This document shows positions 58,805 to 64,000 of a stretch of DNA of 64,000 bases, piece by piece (within the stretch, counting starts at the first letter, position 1; each line of letters starts with the position of its first letter). The position numbers and the translations under genes were made by a program. The notes beneath the pieces were generated by a model. That model made no database searches and was not told the DNA's origin. It worked only from the letters and a program-made list of their open reading frames with translations. Source of the stretch: Candidatus Latescibacterota bacterium (GTDB lineage Bacteria > Latescibacterota > UBA2968 > UBA8231); NCBI GenBank assembly GCA_964291625.2, contig OZ220089.1, positions 640,001 to 704,000 of the forward strand, in the 5' to 3' direction.

Positions 58805-59992
58805 TCAAGGCGGCGGCGGCGGCGTGGACCCACGGCTCTCCCACCAGCGCCTCCAGGCTTCGGCGTCGGTGCCCCATCTCTCGCCGGTCAGGGATCGCAG
58901 GGCCTCAGCCGCCTGCCGCTGCACGAGTGGGGCGTCACGGCTCAGCACCTCGATCAGCAGCGGCACCGCGGTCTCGCCGCCGATCCGGCCCAGGGCCTCG
59001 GCGGCGCTGGCGCGCAGGGCCGGATCGAAGGCGGAGCGCAGGACCTCCATCAGGTCCGCGGTGGCGCGCCCGTCCCCGATCCGGCCGAGGGCGGTCACGA
59101 GGGCCTCCTGGAGCTGGAAGTTGGCGGTCTCGCCCAGCATCGTCCGCAGCGGTTGCACCGTCGTCGAGTCGCCCAGGCCGCCCAAGGCCTCGATGGCCGA
59201 CACCCTCAGGGCCGACGAGCCTCCCATCGCGGTCTCGACCAGCGGCCCGGGGCCGTAGAGCCGTCCGATCATGACCGCCAGTTCGGGCGCCACGATGGCG
59301 TCGAAGGCTGCCTCGAAGGGCGCGTCCTCGGGCCGCGGGAAGTCCGCCGAGTCGATGCGCTCCGGCGGGCTGTACATGCCATCGAAGGACCGGTCGTAGA
59401 GCCTCTCCCCCGCCGTCGACAGCGAGACCGACCCGCGCAGGCCGGCACCCGCGTACCGCCTGGTCACGGCGCTGGAGGCTTGGTTGCGCTCGTTCACCGG
59501 CGCGTAGGGCTGGCTCACGGCGCGACCCTCGAGGCGCAGGACCAGCACACCATCGGCTGCCCCGGCCCCGTCCCGCGCGATCCTCAGGCCCGCCGGCCGC
59601 AGCAGCGCCTCCGCCGTCTGGGCCACGGGCAGGGCCAGGCCGTCGATCTCCCGGTCGGCGCGACCGTGGACGTAGCTCTGGCGGATCTCGAGGTGAACGG
59701 ACTCGATGCGACGCAGGGCCTCGTAGAGCGCCTTCAGACGCTCCCGCGCCGCCTCGGACCGGGGGCCGCCGGGGTAGCGCTCGAGAAACGTCTCGTAGGC
59801 CGGGATCGTGCCCGTCCTGCGGGTCGCCTTCCACAGCTGGCTCTCCAGCGACGGCGCGCAGGCGATGACGACGACAGCCGGCAACGGCCAGAGATGTGGG
59901 ATGGGAGAACGGATGGCTCGGCTCGCCGGTGGCAGCCCGGGACCGCTGGTTGCCGAACGGGGCGGGTACAACCTAGTTCCGGGGATCTCCAA
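58805..59992 (-). CDS. HEAT-repeat protein (start uncertain)
   Basis: AIEALGGLG, VTALGRIG, AAEALGRIG, AAEALRSLTG repeats; YETFLERYPGG motif. Confidence 0.7.
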   Translation of the reverse strand: MEIPGTRLYPPRSATSGPGLPPASRAIRSPIPHLWPLPAVVVIACAPSLESQLWKATRRTGTIPAYETFLERYPGGPRSEAARERLKALYEALRRIESVHLEIRQSYVHGRADREIDGLALPVAQTAEALLRPAGLRIARDGAGAADGVLVLRLEGRAVSQPYAPVNERNQASSAVTRRYAGAGLRGSVSLSTAGERLYDRSFDGMYSPPERIDSADFPRPEDAPFEAAFDAIVAPELAVMIGRLYGPGPLVETAMGGSSALRVSAIEALGGLGDSTTVQPLRTMLGETANFQLQEALVTALGRIGDGRATADLMEVLRSAFDPALRASAAEALGRIGGETAVPLLIEVLSRDAPLVQRQAAEALRSLTGERWGTDAEAWRRWWESRGSTPPPPP

Positions 59993-60033
59993 CGGAAAGG
60001 AGTCACTCGCGATAGGTCATACAGGTCAAGGCA

Positions 60034-60330
60034 ATCCCCTGCTGGTCGGCCAGGATGCCTTCCCGAATCGAGTTCATCCGGTTGGACCCGTTCCGCGGCA
60101 CCTTCTGGCGCGGCGGACCGGTGCTGCAGTCGGCCCTCGCCGGCATTGACCTGGCGCTGTGGGACCTCAAGCGCCAGGCCCTCGGCGTGCCCGGGTACCG
60201 CCGCCTCGGAGGCCCCGCCCGCGACAAGGTCCTCCTCTACCGGCACGTCGGCGGCGACACGCCGGAGGCTGGTCGAGAGCTCCCGAGCCCTGCTCGACGA
60301 GGGCTGGAACGTGGTGCGCATCTCGCCGAA
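60034..60330 (+). pseudogene. frameshifted galactonate-dehydratase-like (enolase superfamily) fragment
   Basis: PLLVGQDAF / RIEF..DPFRGTFWRGGPVLQSALAGIDLALWDLK..ALGVP..RLGG.ARDKV / RALLDEGWNVVR spread over different frames. Confidence 0.75.
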
Positions 60331-60751
60331 CGCCCGTGCGCGCCATGGAGCTGTGCTGGCAACTACAGGCACTGCGCGGCCCTTCTGCGTCCAGGGCCCG
60401 ATCCGCTTGGAATACCCCCCCTGCGTGGCTTGACCCAGGCGCAGCTTGATGACGCTTGCGAGGACCGAGACAGGCCGCCAATGTTGAGTGGCCTCCTTGA
60501 TGGTGATACACCCAAGCCCCTAGTTTGGCTTGGAAGGACCATGACCCGCTAAGGCCCTATATCCGGTACAGGTAAGCTGGGGCAGCCCCAATGTGAGTTG
60601 GGCTGCCATGACAGGCTTGAGCTATAAGGACGGCTCAAGTACGTTCGACCAAAACACAAACGTCGACTGGAAAGGCCTGTTCATGCTGGGGAAGCAACAG
60701 ATGGTGCTCGCCCCGAGGCGCCTCCTGGCACAAGGTTTGGAAGACAAACTG

Positions 60752-62779
60752 ATGGAAGAAGAGCCCACTACACCGATCTCCGTACTGACGATTGCCGACA
60801 TAGACTCAGTTGACGAACTGATGAAGCGTAACGGCAACACCCTTGGCTTTCTGCCACGTCCTGCCCTCGAAGAGTATCTGGCCAAGGAAGGCGTGCTGGG
60901 AGCCAAGAATCAGGACGGGCAACTCGTCGGCTATCTCATGTACGCAGGTAATCGTGACCGATTCCGCATCGCGCAACTCTGCGTAACTGATAGCCGAAGG
61001 GGGGAGGGTGTTGCGAGGGACCTTCTCGAAGTGTTGAAGGAGTCTGCCAGCACTCAGAAGGTCATTACGCTTAGGTGTCGTAACGATTTTCCGGCGCATC
61101 GGCTGTGGCCGAAGCTAGGATTCGTGCCGATAAGCGAGAGCACCGGTAGATCGAAAGAAGGTCACCTTCTGACTTTCTGGCGCTATCAATTGGCGCGTCA
61201 CGATCAGCTGGAATTGTTTCGTGCCAATATGTCCGATGACGTACTAGATGCTGTTATCGACGCTCAGGTGTTTTTCGACTTTGATAGACCGGATAGCAAC
61301 CTCACACAGCCATCAAAGGTCTTGATTTCCGACCTGTTCCTCGATTCGGTGAATCTTTGGTTCACCGATGAACTCCTTAGCGAAATCAATCGGAGCAGTA
61401 GTGCAGCCAAGAGGGAAGAAGCGAGAACACGAGCCAGACAGTTCTTAGAGGCGAAGCACCATCCGTCCTTGGTCGACAGCTTTCGGGCTAAGCTAAAGCA
61501 GATCTTGCCTAGCCGGACCCCGAATCAGCTTTCGGACATCATGCATCTGGCGAAGACCGCCGCCTCAGAGATCGACCTCTTCGTAACCAGAGACCAATTG
61601 CTCCTGGACAGAGCTGCACAGATTGGTGTCGCGGCTAGTGTCCAGGTGTTATCCCCAACGGCGCTGATCCTCAAGTTACAGGAACTGTCTGGGGATCATC
61701 CCTATGCACCCGAGCATGTGTCTGGCCCCGGTCTCTCATGGCGCCGCTTGACCTCCGAAGAGCTATTAGGCTTTCCCTTCGATCGCTTCCTCCAACATCG
61801 AGAACGTCCTGGAGACCTCAGGACAAGAGTCCACTCATTTCTCTCGGATACTCCTAGGACTGAAGTTGAAGCCCTATGGTCCAGTAAGGAACCGGTTGCC
61901 ATTCGGGGAATGGCGTATAGCTCCCCAAGCGTCCTCACTGTACTCTTGTGCAGAGTGGCGAGTTCTGTCAGATCCTCGTCTATGAGACTCTTTCCGATTG
62001 CGGACGTCATCAATAGGGCCGTCACGAGGGGTATCGATGTAGTAAAGGTGGACAATTCCGCAGTTCCGCTAGACCTTCTACCGGCGACTTTGGAAATGGG
62101 ATTCACCCGATGGGACGGCGGGTTCGTCCGTTTTTGCTTCACGCGCTATCTGGAACAAGACGGAGTATTGTCGACGATCGCCGGGCTTTTGCCAGGATGC
62201 GGGGACAACTACGGGGACATGTCGAGTCTAGAGCTGGAACGTTCCTGTTCGCCTCTGATTACCGACGCGGCCCAGAGCTACTTCTTGATACCAATAAGGC
62301 CGAACTTCGCCCGCAGTCTCATCGACAGGCACCTATCGTCGTCCGATATGTTTGGAGGGGATCCGGACGTACTCCTGCGTTGGAGCAATGTGTATTATCG
62401 AACGGCGAGTCAACACAGAATGCTAACGGCCCCGGGGCGGATATTGTGGTACGTGAGTGGTAACTCAAGAGAGATTGTGGCAACGTCTCATCTTGACCAA
62501 GTTGTACTCGACAGGCCCAAAGAGCTGTTCAGGAGATTCAGGAGGTACGGAGCCTTCGAGTGGAGGCATCTCTACAAGACATGCGATGGAGACGTATCCA
62601 AGAAGGTAATGGCCTTGCTGTTCTCACACACCTTTCCTTTTCGGAGACGTGTTCCACTGAACGAAATCTGGGAAGTGTTCGATGAGGATGGAGTAGCGCG
62701 ATCGCTGCAATCGCCCAGGAGTATTCATCTTGGCACGTTTCAGAAGCTGTTGGAACTAGGATATTCGGAGCAATCATGA
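60752..62779 (+). CDS. GNAT-PIN-(degenerate GNAT)-EVE/PUA multidomain protein
   Basis: GNAT: IAQLCVTDSRRGEGVAR...RLWPKLGF; PIN: VIDAQVF...ELLSEI...DIMHL...FVTRD; C-terminal LIPIRP...NVYYR...PGRILWYVS; markedly lower GC. Confidence 0.8.
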   Translation: MEEEPTTPISVLTIADIDSVDELMKRNGNTLGFLPRPALEEYLAKEGVLGAKNQDGQLVGYLMYAGNRDRFRIAQLCVTDSRRGEGVARDLLEVLKESASTQKVITLRCRNDFPAHRLWPKLGFVPISESTGRSKEGHLLTFWRYQLARHDQLELFRANMSDDVLDAVIDAQVFFDFDRPDSNLTQPSKVLISDLFLDSVNLWFTDELLSEINRSSSAAKREEARTRARQFLEAKHHPSLVDSFRAKLKQILPSRTPNQLSDIMHLAKTAASEIDLFVTRDQLLLDRAAQIGVAASVQVLSPTALILKLQELSGDHPYAPEHVSGPGLSWRRLTSEELLGFPFDRFLQHRERPGDLRTRVHSFLSDTPRTEVEALWSSKEPVAIRGMAYSSPSVLTVLLCRVASSVRSSSMRLFPIADVINRAVTRGIDVVKVDNSAVPLDLLPATLEMGFTRWDGGFVRFCFTRYLEQDGVLSTIAGLLPGCGDNYGDMSSLELERSCSPLITDAAQSYFLIPIRPNFARSLIDRHLSSSDMFGGDPDVLLRWSNVYYRTASQHRMLTAPGRILWYVSGNSREIVATSHLDQVVLDRPKELFRRFRRYGAFEWRHLYKTCDGDVSKKVMALLFSHTFPFRRRVPLNEIWEVFDEDGVARSLQSPRSIHLGTFQKLLELGYSEQS

Positions 62780-63237
62780 GCGAGACACCAAGACCGCTGC
62801 TTCTTTCCTTGAAACCTCGCTATGCAGACCTAGTATTTGAGGGAGTCAAGAGAGCCGAGCTCCGCAGGCGTGCTCTTTTGCAGATGGAGGGGCGCCACGT
62901 GTTCGTCTACGTTACTAGTCCCATTATGCTGTTGCGGGGAGGATTCCGTGTCGGAGAGGTGTGGGCAGGGACGCCGCAGGACATCTGGGACAGGATCTCC
63001 GAGTGGGCTGGCGTCGAGAAGGACGATTTCGATGCCTACTACGCAGGACAGTCCATAGCATATGCTCTGGAGATCACCGAGGTCTGGGAGTACGCAAACC
63101 CGCCGGGACTTACTACATTGAGGAGCAGGTTCGATGACTTCATCGTTCCTCAATCTTGGCGGTATGTAAAGCCAGAGGAGCATCGATCTTTCCGAAGGAT
63201 GGAGCGTACGATGGAAGTAGAGAGCTGCGCCCGATAG
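62776..63237 (+). CDS. ASCH domain protein
   Basis: ATGA overlap; LLSLKPRYADLVFEGVKRAELRR (GxKxxExR), VYVTSP, PQSWRY. Confidence 0.9.
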   Translation: MSETPRPLLLSLKPRYADLVFEGVKRAELRRRALLQMEGRHVFVYVTSPIMLLRGGFRVGEVWAGTPQDIWDRISEWAGVEKDDFDAYYAGQSIAYALEITEVWEYANPPGLTTLRSRFDDFIVPQSWRYVKPEEHRSFRRMERTMEVESCAR

Positions 63238-63634
63238 TCTGATAGGACTAGTCGTAGTCAGGCTTCAAGATTCCCTCCAGTTTTGACCTGATGACTAGCG
63301 CGTCCGGGAGATCTCTTGCTTGGTCAACCGCCGCAATCGGACAGGGCGTTCGGGCCCGGGGGGCCGGCAGTATGTTCGTGAGCCGTAGTGGGGTGGAGCC
63401 CTGCATGAAAAGTGAGCGCTGCGGCGTATCAGCGGGATGAGTTGCTGGGCTGGTGAGGAGGAGGGCTGGCTCCATCCGAGGGGGAGCGGGTCGACCGGTC
63501 TTGGTCGTATCTTGCCTCCGGGGAGAGCGTTGAGGTGGTCATGGACTGGATCTCGAAACGGAACTCTCTCGATGACGCAAGAGCCCCCAGGGGTGAGGCG
63601 TAGTGACTTTCGGAATTCAAGGAGTCCATAACCA

Positions 63635-64000
63635 ATGCTGCCGACACCGCCGGGACCGAGACCGATCAAGCCCCGGGGCGATATCCGCCTGCTCTTCGCC
63701 GCCGACCTCTCGAGTCACGCGCGGGAACCGTTCGTCGGCGACCCGGCAACCCCCGAACAGATCCGCACGCTCGTCGACCACTTCGCCCTGAGTGGGGCGG
63801 ACGCCCTTGGGCAGGAGGTCTTCGGACAGGGGTGGGTCCTGCACTTCTACTCCGACACCTACGAGTACGATCAGCGGCCGCAGCATCGCCGCTGGATTCC
63901 CATGCTGGATCGGGGCATCCATCCCATCGAGGTATTCAGCGACCGGGCGCACGAGCATGGGATGAGGTTCATCGCGGGGGCACGGTTCGGCGACGACCAC
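63635..64000 (+). CDS. putative glycosyl hydrolase-like (GHL10-type TIM barrel) protein, 3' end outside the window
   Basis: AAGGAG RBS, ATG 63635, open to the window end; IHPIEVFSDRAHEHGMRFIAGARFGDDH resembles the D.AH..GM.F....R..D.H motif. Confidence 0.55.
   Translation, partial: MLPTPPGPRPIKPRGDIRLLFAADLSSHAREPFVGDPATPEQIRTLVDHFALSGADALGQEVFGQGWVLHFYSDTYEYDQRPQHRRWIPMLDRGIHPIEVFSDRAHEHGMRFIAGARFGDDH

Noticed and set aside
63238-63634. Third gene (kinase/AAA-like) of the GNAT-PIN/ASCH module
   Set aside because: No ORF with a P-loop or other recognisable motif; looks like decayed sequence.

Overview
GC-rich (about 70% by eye) diderm bacterial chromosome segment. The repeated PhyH dioxygenases, AAA_14-DUF4143 ATPases, Fic, Kelch and HEAT proteins resemble uncultured FCB-group host-associated genomes such as Latescibacterota-like sponge symbionts; this is inference only. 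Housekeeping blocks: a FabF-like gene abutting bioB-bioA-bioF-bioD, an alanine:cation symporter, pyruvate dehydrogenase aceE-aceF-lpdA, a lytic transglycosylase, mutY, rsmD and a eukaryotic-type hisA. Accessory blocks: a complete type I-G (I-U) CRISPR-Cas locus (csb1-csb2-cas3-cas8-cas4-cas1-cas2 plus about 50 repeats of 37 bp), a Fic gene, a di-heme/Rieske/porin cassette behind a DtxR-like operator, two AAA-DUF4143 genes, a decayed DUF433/DUF5615 TA pair and a low-GC GNAT-PIN-EVE + ASCH module. The most unusual structures are: (1) at three loci, cargo genes are stacked between core genes and separated by diverged copies of the ends of those flanking genes, with no integrase or intact transposase in the window; (2) both AAA-DUF4143 genes carry phased tandem repeats just upstream (4 x 23 bp and 2 x 32 bp); (3) many CRISPR spacers are locked to codon phase 1 of the coding strand.
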